The notes beneath the pieces were generated by a model. That model saw only the letters and a list, made by a program, of their open reading frames with translations, ran no database searches and was not told the origin of the DNA. 64,000 nt of DNA from Flaccisagitta enflata (taxonomy: Eukaryota). Position 1 is the stretch's first letter, and every line of letters begins with the position of its first letter. This document shows positions 1 through 13,800 of this stretch, one piece after another. The stretch is taken from NCBI GenBank assembly GCA_965153355.1, contig OZ231126.1:39122001-39186000 (forward strand). Direction: 5' to 3'. A program made the translations under genes and the position numbers.

Positions 1-455
1 TGAGGTTTAAGAAGGCTGATTTAAGGCTTGAGAATGCCGATTGGAAGTTTGAGAGAGCTGACTTGAAGCTTGAGAGAGCTGGATTAAGGCTTGAAAGGCC
101 AGAGGACTGATTTGAAGCCTGAGAGCGATAAATTGAGGTTTAGATGGCTGATTTGAGGCCTGAGAGGCCTAATTTGAGGTATGAGAGGCCAGGTCTGAGG
201 CCTGCGGATTTGGATTTGAGGCCTGAGAGGCCAGGTTTGAGGCATGAGAAATTGGATTTGAGGACTGAGGCCAAATTTGAGGCCTGAGAGGCTGGATTTG
301 AGGCCTGAGAGGCTGGATTTGAGGCCTGAGAGGCAGGATTTGAGGTCTGAGGGGTCTGATGAAGGGGGGGACTAAAGGACAAACGGACGAACGGACGAAC
401 GAAAGTCCCCTTGTGTTCTACAGGACTTCGTCCCCTTCGGGGCCGCTGCCAAAAA
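1..455. mobile_element. Family 2 element, cut by the window start
   Basis: Aligns with 18312-18863. Confidence 0.65.
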
Positions 456-1231
456 GTGACGCGGGGTCACAATATCGTTGTGGATGGGTGGGCAGGGGCG
501 TCCAACCCTCATCCATACCCAAACATACACAAAAAGTTTCTAAAACGCTCGTTTCCCCACTTTTTGACTCGATCACCACAAACGGACTAATGGACCGACG
601 AACCGACGGGCGGACAAACGGTGTGTCCGCAACTTAAAAGAGCGGGAAAGTGGTCAAGGGCCCAGAAAGGGCTGGTCACGAAAGATAAACAAACCAAGCG
701 CGTCGTTAAGACTGTAAAACCCGGAGACAAAAACACCAATTACACGCGGCACGAATTTGGTCATTTCACAACTTATGAGTTGCACGAGTGAGTTCATCCA
801 TACGGACAGCCCACAGGTAAGCGCCGCTCTGGAGCACATAGCATTCCTGATTTGGTCGTTACTACAAACGAATTTACTGAATGCTATTTATATCGGAAGA
901 TAATTTTTTTACCTTTTACCGTCTGACCAAGAATAAAGCACCCTCCTTAATCTAAGACTTCATAGCAGAGCTTTAAATACATTATCTTTTGAGAGCGCTG
1001 AAAAATGTTAATGATTGTCTATATGCTTCTATTTCATCTTTTTCATACAGACACTATCCCAAAACTTTTGTTGACCGGATTATGCAAATTAAGTGCTGAG
1101 TACAAGTACAGGCACTGCTGTTCATCTTGGACTCTTTCTTAATGTTTTTCTCTCTGACTTTTTTTTTTTCTCTCTGACTCTCTCTGACTCCCTCTCTGTC
1201 AGTCAGTCAGTCAGTCAGTCAGTCAGTCAGT

Positions 1232-1313
<82 letters not shown>

Positions 1314-1370
1314 GACTCAGTCCCTGATACTGAAAACGATAAAAGGCATCATGATCACGGCATGTTCCAG

Positions 1371-1695
1371 GCATTCGCGGTATGTTGACGACGAACGTGA
1401 ACGATTACGCGATTCAGCCCAACGGACTTCACGGTCTCAAATCCAAACGTCAACACCGTATTCAAGTTCAAGAAGTCCCTCTCAAGTTCAAACAAGCCAA
1501 CATGACGATGCCAGCTTCGGGTTCGTCTTTGTCTCCGGGACATCCGCTGGCTGATCGACATCGGGAAATGGCAAAACCTCATGGACAAGGTTGGAACGCG
1601 AGGTCCAAAGAATGCACAATGAATTGATTATGATGTTTCGTTGTTCCAGTGTTTATGGATGACAGTGACAGTGAAATAATTTCTGGTGGTCAGGG

Positions 1696-1785
<90 letters not shown>

Positions 1786-1852
1786 TGTTGTTGTTGTTGT
1801 TGTTGTTGTTGGTGGTGGTAGTGGTGGTGGTGGTGGTGGTGGTGGTGGTTGC

Positions 1853-1895
<43 letters not shown>

Positions 1896-4243
1896 GAAAA
1901 TATATTGTTGAAAACGGTAATTTTGTAAATGAGAGCTCTCTCTTTATCCTTTCATACATTTTTGTTAGGATCCGTATCGACGCCATTTCACACGACTACA
2001 CTTCCGGAAGAAACTCCGCCTCGAAGACTCGAGTCTGAATTGGCGCTGATCGTCGACAAAGAATTCCAAGAGAAATACGCCGAAGACTTCCCCGATCAGC
2101 CCGACAGGGACAGTCTCATCTTGTTCTTGACGGAAACGGTTAACTGGATGCAAATGTGGTAGGTGCTGTGGGGGGCAGAGAGAGAGAAAGTATGAAATGA
2201 CAAACACACAGACACACAGTGAGTCAGACAGACTGATACACGGATTGAGAAGAATGCCAGCAAAATAGTTTCAGACGCCAGAGAGGTTTATTATGCCCGT
2301 TGACCAAACCTTGTCAACCGGTGTTGTTCATTTGTCCATCGACAATTGTCCCACGCATTTAACTCACCAGTTGCTCAATTGGCCGGCTCGCAATTCGCAA
2401 TCGAGCAATGCCGAACAAAAGCCAAAAAGCCATGCAAGACCCGTCCCGCATAAACTGCTACTGAATAACTACTTGACCGTTGATACATAACTTTCATGGA
2501 ATCTTTCTTCCTAGCTCGCTAAAACAGAGCCGCATACACAACATATCAGTGACGTGCGGGTGGGCAGCTGCAATGATTAGTTAAGCCCTTTACCACGCGA
2601 ATCAAACAAAACAAAAAAAAAAAGAAAAAAAAAAGAAAAGAAAAAAAAAGAAGACGCATCTCTTTATTTGATAATAAAACAGATAAAAAAAACAATTTGA
2701 ATTAATTTCTGTTGAGTCATATTTAAAGATTTTCAAAAAAATCTATTATTCTAGACTAATCCCAGGTCGGTATCTCAAACGGTTTTGAAGCTAGAGCTCT
2801 GCAAAGCGAAGCACTATTTTGCCAAATGAAAGTACTTTCAAAGAGCTTTAAAATATTCTAAGATTTTTATTAGTTTTATAAAGATTTATTGGCTAAGTTA
2901 ACCATTTAAAGGTGCGTCTTTTATTTATTCGCGTGGTAGCAATAACGGTGAAAAGAAACACGAACTAAATGGACAAATCTTACGAAAGGATCGACCATCC
3001 ACGGGACAGACGGACGGAGGGACCGAGTTGGTCTAAAGAGTCGAGAAGCACGCCGCTAATACGTAATTGCCCAGACTATGTACACGCTGTTGGCTGAGTA
3101 ACAACAGGTTATTTTTTTCTGAAGCTCAATGATGTTATTTTAAAGACGATATGAGGCTCAAACCGTTGCTAAACTGTTGTTATTTTTTTCTCATCAATCT
3201 TCTAATATAAGGATTGATTATGATATATGTACCATCATTCCTTTCGCTGCTTTCCTTGGAATGACGGGGATCTTTGGTAGGAATGAAATAAAGGAGATCA
3301 ACCATTCAAAATCAGGAACAAAATATTGTTATAACTGAAATACAGTAGAAAAAGCTACCTCTTCTATGAAACCGCCACGTATTAAAATTAAATGCTACGG
3401 AAATTATAGCAAATCTAAGAGAAAAGTTGTTATTGGTTGGACTTGAGGCTGAAATGTTGTATTTTTAATTATCTGAGGCTGACGATGTTGCTAGAAATGT
3501 TCTTACTTTTTTAACCTTTTGAGCCTCAACGTTGTTATAAAGAAGGTTGTTACTCAGCCAAGTGCGTGTATACGCTCTATCACGAAATCCTAGGTACGTG
3601 CACTCGACTTTCGGCTACCAAATTTGGTACCATTTGTCTCAAGTCGTTCTTCAAAGCGAGAAAATCGACTACACCAAATATCCCGGAGATAATGGACACG
3701 ATATGTTGGATCAAGTCTGCAATTGGCAAGCAGAAAACCACAAAGACAGCGCCAAGTGGGATCACACCATTTTCATGTCCAACAAGTGAGTGATTCATCA
3801 CTCTCTTGCTAATGCATTGTTTCATTCCTTCCTTCCTCCCTTGACTTATTCACTCATAATTCGTTCATTCATTCATTCATTCATCCATTCATTCATTCAT
3901 TCATTCATTCATTCATTCATTCATTCATTCATTCATTCATTCATTCATTTATTCATTCATTTATTCAGTCATTTATTCATTCATCCATTGATTTATTAAT
4001 TGATTGATTGATTGATTGATTCAATTATTCATCATTTTGTTCAGCATTTCATTTTTAAGCATTTATTCCTTCAATCATTCATTCATTTATTCATTCATTT
4101 CTGTTCCATTTTTAGGCACGCCGTATTTGGCATGAGAGGCGATGGCAGTGAATATGAGGGTTTAGCGATTCTTGGAGGTAAGGACATGATGATGGAGGAT
4201 CGCAACTACATTAGCAAACAACAACAACAACAACAACGACAGC

Positions 4244-4274
<31 letters not shown>

Positions 4275-4276
4275 GC

Positions 4277-4347
<71 letters not shown>

Positions 4348-4422
4348 CGACACCAACAAAAACAACGACGACACCAACAACAACAACGATAATAACAACG
4401 ACGACACCAACGACGACATCAA

Positions 4423-4520
<98 letters not shown>

Positions 4521-4562
4521 GCATAAACAACAGCATAAACAAACACAACAGCATAAACAAAC

Positions 4563-4653
<91 letters not shown>

Positions 4654-7499
4654 CCATCCAAATTTCTCGCATCTTTCCTTTCCGTCCCCTCGTCCATTTC
4701 CTCGCTGTAGGTGAATGTAACCAGAAGAAGCACTGCGTGGGTGTGAAACCCGCCAACTTCCAATGGTCTTCTTGGCATCGAACTGTGGCTCACGAGAGCG
4801 GCCACGAATTTGGCGCTTTGGACGACTACCAAGGAGAAAGCGCGGAGATTTGCATGAACGGGCTGATGAGGAGAGGCGTCTTTAGGGACCACGAATGGGC
4901 TCATTGCTCCTTGGAGGATTTCGAGGCTTGGTGAGTTCGGCTTGACCGCTCTTTATTCTTCTTGCCTCTAACCGTGCATTTGTCCCTCCGTCACCCCGCT
5001 ATTCTTTCAACATTTTGATCAGAGTAAAATGACTTCATTTAACGAGATTTAAAGCATTTCAGAAACGGTTTCTGTAGGGCCCAGGCACCGGGCAGTGAGT
5101 CTGTTTTCGAAGACGGAAACGAAGAAGAACAAGAAGAAAAAGAAAAAGAAAAAAAAAGAAAAAGAAGAAGAAAAGAAAAGAAAAGAAAAGAAAAGAAAAG
5201 AAAAGAAAAGAAGAAAAGAAAAAAGGGCAGAAGAAAAGAGAAAAGTAGCCGTTGAGATTTTGACTCAGTGTCACTGGAAGAAGAAATTTCTTGCATCATT
5301 AATTTTTAAGATATTTTTTATATTACTTTTCTGTAATTTATTTTTCTAAAAAATTTTTTAAGTGTTGAACAAGAAATTTTTGCATAGATTATCTCTGAAA
5401 TACAGACTTGATGTACATATTGTATTGAAAAAAGGCAGAAAAAAACGGATTTTTTGCAGAAAATTAAACTTTGTCATTTGACACCTGTCTGGTGAAATTA
5501 TATCATTGCATAAAAATCGAGAAATTTGCATTTCCAAAAACATGGCCTCTTTTTAAAAACATATAAGAAGAGGGCCATGTTCTTAGAAATGCAAAATTTT
5601 CTTTTTTCAGACCGGGATATAATTTCACCCAACAAGGTTTTGAAATTTGTTCACCATTTTTCTTAGGAATAGAAACATTCAATTTCAATTTCCAATTGTT
5701 ATGAGGCCACTGTCAGTATTTTGAGTTGCAAAACATTGTTAAAACTTCTTATACATGATATCAAAAATACCCAACTGTAATTCTAATAATATTTTTTGAT
5801 CATTAACCTATATCGCAAGCAAAAAGTAAGATGAAACCAAAATTTCCTGTTCCTGTACACCATGTCTTACACCATCTCATCGAATCTTAACTGAGTTCTC
5901 TGCCCTTTGATCATTTTGATGATTTTCGGAACTCGAGCGACACAAACGGATGGACAGACGGATGTTCGGACAAGGGCTAACATAGAAATGCGCGATAACT
6001 GAAGAAGTAGAAGTAAGATGAACGCTGATATTTAAATTCCGATGTTGCCAGATTTGGATCGTCAAGTTGCGTTGATTTCCCACTGATAAGTGCGGACGTT
6101 CCTGAGCCAGAGCTGTTACTCTGATATCATCGCTAGGCTCGCATCCGCAAGCCTTTCAAATGATGAACTTAAAATGTCCGTTTTTGTTGTTGTACGTCGC
6201 GATTCATCTTCCATCGCGTTGGCTTTAAATTTGATTTAGTCTAAGGAGAATTAATTTTCCATGAAAATGGTAAAAGATCGGTGCAGGATTTAATTGTTGG
6301 CAGATTGATATTGGTGAAAAGCTTCATGGAAATGATGGAACAGAACATATTATGATATTTACATAAGTACAACTGATATCCTAAGCATAAGGCGTATTCA
6401 TTACGGGTTTCGGTATTAGCACTGCATTATGCAAATGAGCTTTTTGTACAACAGTATTGTTTGAATTCAGGGAAGTAAACAGTCAGCATTCGTTTTAAGT
6501 GCAAATGCAGTTCTAAATTTATGTAGATCATTCAAAGAGGTTAGCCAGCTGGCAGCTTGACTCCATTTGAGAAGTCTTTTTTCCGTTAATACATTTTGAG
6601 GGGGTGGAAATTAGTTGATTTTGGAAAGAAAAAGTGGTCAAATAATCGTTATCAAGAGACCTTTTTTGTCTTCCTTCCTTCATTCAATCCTGTCCTCGGT
6701 CGTGCTTCCCTGAAACAGGTTCCCCAAATTCAAGTGTTTGCTGGATTCTCCGACGGTCGGCGATGATGCGAGGATTCCTTCCGTTCCGACGAATATCGCC
6801 TTCCGCGCGGAAGCACAGCAAAGCTCCACCTTCATTTCGGAAACTGTTTGGGGAGCTTGGAAAGCCACCGACGGACCCATTGTAATTAAAACTCTGTGAA
6901 TATTAGGTTACATTAAAACAAGGCCGGATACACGGCTACCGAAGTCGCGTGCAGGTGGGCAGGGGCCATATTTGAGATCACCAGATTATTTTGGCAGGAG
7001 CAGTGAGGTTAAAGAAATAAAACCATAAAAAAAAGTAAAGTGTGACCGACCGACCGACCGACCAACCGACCGACCGACCGACGGACAAAGCGGGTTGTAG
7101 AGTCGCGTGCACGCGACTAACAATGGGCCGGGGAAGTGGCTTAACTCGTGTCTTAAATGTCTTGAAACGGAAGAACTTTGTGCTTCGACCGACGGACCGG
7201 CCGACAGAAAAGTGGCTTGTTGATTTTCTCGATTTAGTTATTTTGTTAGGTAATTGACTGATTTTTTCTAGGTGAGCCCGACGTGGGAAGAAGGCGCGCA
7301 TTTGGCTTCATGCACTCAAACGATGCAAGAAGACAATCCTTGGTTGAAAATCAGAATAGCCGACCAATTCTTGGACGCGCCTTTTGAACGGATCAGAATT
7401 ATAAATCGGTGAAAATCATGCTACTTGTTAATCATGAGGCGGAAATGATAAGTGATGATAATGATAATGAGTTATTTCTCTTCTTTGTTTCTTTTTCTC

Positions 7500-7569
<70 letters not shown>

Positions 7570-7737
7570 GTCTCTCTCTCTCTCTGTCTCTCTGTCTCTC
7601 CCTGTGTCTGTCTCTCTCTTTCTCTGTCTCTTTCTCTCTGTCTCTGTCTGTCTCTGTCTGTCTCTGTGTCTCTCTCTGTGTCTCGCTTTCTGTCTGTCTC
7701 TCTCATTCTCTGTTTTTACCTTTCTCTGTTTTCTCTC

Positions 7738-7828
<91 letters not shown>

Positions 7829-10800
7829 TCAGTTGGGACAATCACAGCGATCGTCTTTCCAACTTGGAGGTTCGCGTTGGTGACGCCGAAAACGTCAACA
7901 AAAACGAAGTTTGTTTCCGGTTTGAAGGACAAGTTGGCGGCGGCGAAGGAGGCGCCCTAGTCTTCAAGTGCAACACACCCATGAAAGGTATTTACAACTA
8001 TCTTGCCGCGAACCATAAAAAAGGAAACAATGAATGAATGAATGAATTTATTTACGAAACGAGCATAAAATTACAATGAGATGTGATAATTGTAAAACTG
8101 CCGTCTCGATGGATAGCTCATGAAAGTCTACCGACTTTTTTCCAAAGAGGTCCATGTAAAAATCAAATTCATCAATGAGTAAAAAATAATTCGTAAAACA
8201 TAGTTCGTAAAAACAATCCGTAACATTGTCCGATAAAAGCAATCCAGTCTAAAACCATAACTATCAATCATATAGAGTGAAAAGATACTGCTTCAATCTA
8301 CGTTTAAAAACTCGAAACTCAAAAATAGACTTGATTTCTTCCGGTAATTCGTTCCATTGCTTGATTGCTGTAAATGCAAAACCATTTGGGAAAAGTGACA
8401 ATTCTCTAGAAAGATGAAAGTTGTTGCTGCTTCCTCGAGTGTTATATGTATGGGCTACGGAAATAAGCTTGAAATTTGGCAACAGGTAAGAGGGCGCCAA
8501 CTTATGTCGTATGCGGAAAAGATGTGCCATTCTAAAAGACTTAACGCGATCGGGTACACTTAACCATTCCAATTCTCGTAAGTCCCGACTGTCGACATGA
8601 GCACGATAGTCCAAACTGTGAACAAACCGCACCATCTTGCGTTGTACAACATTTAACCGTTCTCTTAGAGCTACAGATAAACCACTGTACCAAGAACTGC
8701 AACAGTAGTCCATATATGGTTGGATCAGAGTCGAGCACAACATTTGACGACATTTTTTATCCAAAAAAGAAGAATTCCGGTATAGAAACGCCAATCTTCC
8801 TGCACAGACACTCATGAGATTACCTGCGTGTGCAGAACCGTTCAAATTCGTATCTAATAAAACGCCAAGATACTTTACACTGAACTTGCGTTCAACAGGC
8901 GTCCCGTCACAGAAAACCCGAAAATCATCAATACCCCTTAATCGCCTCTTTGAGCCAAAGAGTAAAGACTCCGTCTTCCCTACATGGAGGGACAGCCTGT
9001 TGTCCACCAGCCATTGTTTGCAAGTTGATAACTCAGCACTCAGACGATCGGAAATAACATTGTGATCTCGATGTGAAAAAATAAGTGCAGAGTCATCAGC
9101 GTAAAGAGAAAGTCTACACGTAAGACTAATATTCATGTCATTCACATAGATCAAGAACAGTAAAGGGCCCAAAATACTACCTTGGGGAACCCCACAAGTG
9201 ACAGGTAGAAATTCTGATCGAGACCCACGAACATCGACGCACTGACTACGATTTGATAAGTAAGATTCAAACCAAACAGTCGATGAAACACCAATAGATT
9301 TGAGCTTTTCACAGAGAATAGAATGATCTACTGTATCGAATGCCTTTTGTAGATCAATCAATACCATACCTACTAAGTTACCTTTACCTATTTCACTTTT
9401 GATAAAGTCCGTCAAGCCAATCAAACACGAATCCGTAGAATAGCCACTTCTAAAACCAGACTGATTTTCAAACAGTAAACCGCGTTTCTCTAAGTAATTA
9501 CTCAGCTGTGTATGAGCTGCTCGTTCGAGGATTTTTGAAAGGACACTGAGAATACTGACCGGTCTGTAGTTGCCGGGATCCAACGTGGAACCTTTTTTAA
9601 ATATTGGGATGACTTTTGCCTCCTTAAAAGAAGATGGAACTGTTTCGGTAATAATAGATAGATTTACTATATGTTTTACCGGGGCCAAAATGCAGTCAGT
9701 TCCATCTCGTAGAAAAAGAGAAGAAATGTCATCCAAGCCAACCGCTTTTTTAGGATCCAAAGAAGAAAGCTGCTTTCTAATAAAATGACTCGTGACTGGA
9801 GAAAGACAAAAAGAAGGCCGTAAACCGATTTTATTCCGGTAAAAAGTCTTAAACACCTCCGTTGTAGTATGAAAGAAACCACAAGGACTGGGTAATTTAG
9901 AAACAAGATTACCAGCAACCGATGTGTAAAACTCATTAAAAATCCGTGCCACACTCAACGAGTCAAATACCTTTACGCCACCTTGTTCCAGCACAATAGA
10001 AGAAGAGTTAAAAGCCTTTTTGCTAAAGCCGAGAGACTTCAAATGGTCCCACAGTTTCCCCGAATTACCCCTATTCCTCTCAACCCCATTTTTAAAAAAA
10101 GATTCCTTGGCCAATTTGATGTCTCTCTGAACTCTATTTCGAGTCTGACAATATTCCTTGTACAAAAGAGTGTTGGACTTATCTTTTTTGAAACGAGATA
10201 AAAGTTTGTCCCTTTGACGTATAGAGGAAAGAATATGTGCATTCATCCAGGGATTCTTTTTATTTCTTACCCGCACTTCCCGCAATGGGGCAACAGAGTC
10301 AATCGCTAGACGAAAAAGACGACTAAATTCCGTAAGACAAAAATTAACATCCGCTGATGTGAGAATAGGGGACCAATCAATCTTTCTCAGTTCATAAAGG
10401 AAGGAAGATTTAGAATAGGACTTAAAGGAACGTACAAATCGAACATTAGAGCCCGTAAAAGTCTCCTTGCCACTGCGCCGAGAACTGAACGTAATCAGAT
10501 GATCACTGAAGCCATTGAGAATCACCCCACTCTCCACTATCAAATCAGACACACTTGTAACAATATGATCAATCAAAGACGAGGATGTTGGGGTGATTCT
10601 TGTTGGTTCAGTGATCAGCTGAGTGCAACCAAAGAAATCCAAAATTTCCTTATATTTAGACAGCATAGAAGAACGACTTTGGAAATAATCTATATTCATA
10701 TCTCCCAAAATATGAAACTCCGTACCAGGGACAATTTTAGAGAGTGAAAGTTCCAACTTGGTCAGAAAACTATTGTCATTCGGCGGTCGGTATAGGGAAC

Positions 10801-13800
10801 AAATGAGAATACCTTTTGTTCGAGGAAACAATAGTTCGATCCAAGTTGCCTCAAGTCCGTCGACAGAAAGGTCCGGGCGGGGGTTGAAGGCAATTGAGTC
10901 GCGAACGTACATCGCTACCCCACCTCCGTTACGGTTCCTGTCTTGGCGAATGACGTTGAAGCCAGGAACAGCCACCTCGCTATCGTTTACCGTCGAGTCC
11001 AGCCACGTCTCAGAAACCGCGAAAACCGCGGCCTTGGTACGCGACAGGAGGAGTCGTAATTCGGGAATTTTGGGAAGAAGTGAGCGCACATTGGAGTGAA
11101 GAAAGTGAAGGCCCTTAGACGATAATATGCGTGGAATGGGACACGAAAGAAATGAATTAGAAGGAACGGAAGTCGAATTGGAAGAAACGGAAGTCGAATT
11201 GGAAGAAGCGGAAGTTGAATTGGAAGAAGTGAAGGTCGAGGCGGAGAAAGCAGCAACAGAAGAAGAATCAGCGCTAGCTCGACATCCGTCTAAGTCGTCG
11301 TCGTTTGAGAAAGGTAGAGACGAAAGGCTGCAGAGGTCACACACAAACGCAATATCTCCGCCTTCTCTAACGCATTCATTATATTTAGAAATAGAAACCG
11401 AGAGAGAGCATCGAACATGCGTCCATTTGTCACAAGAGTCACAGGATATGGCCTTACTGGCCTTTGTAACGCCCTTTGCGCAAACGACACAGGGATAGGC
11501 GACCTTTCTGATCTTTTTCTCCTCCGAGCGCGCAGTCGAGGGTCCCGGATGAAGATGGACATCGCCGGAGAGAAGGAGTTGAAGTTGATGATGTTGTTCC
11601 TGTCGTTGATGTTGCTGCTGTTGTTGATGATGGATGTGAGATAGAAAATTGGGCTCCTGGGACGCGATAGAGAGATGAGACGTGATGGACGCGTTTCCAA
11701 CGAAGGAGAGCAAGAGAAGACAGAAGAGAAAAGTCGCCATCGCCGACACAGATATCGAGTCAGCGCACTGAGTTGAAGCTGAAGTCTTTCACTGCGCAAA
11801 AGTTTCGGCGACCACGTGCACGATAGAAAGTCAAAACCGAGTCAATTTAATTCATTGTCTTAGTTTATTATACTCGTCAGTGGCCCACCATCGGGCGCGA
11901 CGCCATCGAAACCTTAATTAAATCTTAATTAAATCTATAAGACATTTCTCATGGGTAGAATGACTTTTTGATATTTTTTTTGTGAGATATCAAAAGAGTG
12001 TCATCAAATGAAGACAATGCCACAAATCCCACAAGTTTACATCAATTTTTTTAGATTTTATAGTAAAAATAAGATATGGTGTCAGAATCTGTGTATGAAC
12101 TGTGAATTCTTGAAAAGATATAACAATAGGGACCTTTTATATTTGATTTTTATCCTTTGCAGTACAGGAAATTAATTGATATCCTAGATCAATTGAAAGA
12201 TATACAAAAAAGCTTTCATTAACCGCCAATCTCGCATTTTTAACTCAATTTGTTTGGACACAGTTTAGAAAAGACTGGAGAGTATTGAATTTCAAGTTTG
12301 AAATGGCGCATGACCAAAATGTAACCATTTAACTTTAAACTAATGCGGTTTCCAAACGAGTAAAGCTAGGAGGCTGGGATTGGTCTAGAATTAAAGATCT
12401 TTTGAAGATCTTTCAAATGGTCACTGATTTTGTTCACTTTCTTTAATTCAAACATAGATATTTTAACTGGGGAATAAGAACCCTCATTTTTAAAAAAAAT
12501 TATGATGAAAAAATCTTGTCTTTTGTCATTCACAAAAGGTTTAAATCAAGTGAAAACCTATCAAAATCCATGACAATAAGAAAGCCCTTGAAAAAATCCG
12601 TCATTTGAGCTGTTTCTGGAGTTACTAGCTCAATTTGTTAAGAGATCACAACAGTTTTACTAAAATTTGTCCTCTATAAACTATGAAAGAAAATCTGTTG
12701 TTTTCCCACTTAGGTTTTGATACATTTGTTTTTATTTTAACATAAAATCCAAACGAATTGATCAAATGCAATGGGACTGGTGGCAAATTGTTCATTTTTT
12801 GAAGCTCTTTAAAACGCTCATGAATAACAATTCCATTTGTTGAATTTAAACCATTTATAATTAGAATGAAAGTTGTTTCTTTTTTTATGAGTCGCACTGT
12901 ACTACAAGAGAATTGCTGCGAGAGTGCATCAGCCTGTTGTAAAGATCCAAAAAATGAAGGTTCAAATATCATCCTGGAGGCCCCAAACCCCAGCCGCAAG
13001 GCTTCATATCAGTATTGAAGACCTGAATCTTATTTTCAGGCCATGGGGTAAGGCACAAGCCATCGGCGCGATCTCATTCAATAAGTTATTGTTCCTACTT
13101 ACACTTACTTAAAAGCATCGGGTTTCGCTGACCATCAATCATATTTATACAACTCTTCTTTTTTCAGGCAAATTCGTTTCCGTTCATCTTTTGGGCAAAG
13201 ATCGAATTTTGACAATTTGCGAGCTTCAAGTTTTCCGCAGCGGTGTTCAAGTTAAAGGTCTCATGCCACAACGACACGTCCCTGCCAACGAGGGTAAGAA
13301 AGCAGGAGGAAAATATGATTGATTGGTTGGTTGCAGGGACAAGGATGCGCGGGATTTTCAAAAGCGTTCGCTTTCGCGTTTTCAAGCAGCTCGCGCATCG
13401 CGTTACGCATCGCATCCATTGTTTTTGGTTGCTAACGCGTTCGCGTTACGCGTTTTCAACGCTTCCTACACTTTCTCTTTGGAAAAAGGAAGTAAGAAAA
13501 AAGAAAAAGAAAGAAGAAGAAGAAAAAAGAAAGAAAGAAAGAAGAAAGAATGAGAAAGAAAGAAAGAAAGAAAATGGAGGAAGAATAGAGAATGAAGGAA
13601 AAAAATGAAAAAAGAAAGAAAGAAAAGAAAGGAAGAAAGAAGAATGAAAAAGAAAGAAGAATGAAGAAAGAAGAAAAGAAAAGAAAAAAGAAGGAAAGAA
13701 GAAGAAAGAAAGAAGAAGAAACAAAGAAAGAATGAAGGAAAGAAGTGAAAGAAGAAGGAAAAGGAAGAAGGAAAAAGAAAAAAAAAGGGAGAAAAAAGAA

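Noticed and set aside
640-820. Short open frame containing HEFGH
   Set aside because: No homology to gene B exons 1-3, ends in a stop, likely chance.
1051-1092. Possible extra gene A exon after catacag
   Set aside because: No match to gene B and no good donor.
1093-1986. Long ORFs with poly-SL, poly-C, poly-V, poly-Q
   Set aside because: Translations of (CT)n and (GTT)n microsatellites in introns; the same applies to similar ORFs at 4012-4904, 7409-8037, 13446-13981, 27737-28088, 39497-40707, 44311-45434, 49225-49972.
8541-11799. Small ORFs overlapping the LINE ORF and the LTR element ORFs in other frames
   Set aside because: Shadow frames of real coding sequence, no independent motifs.
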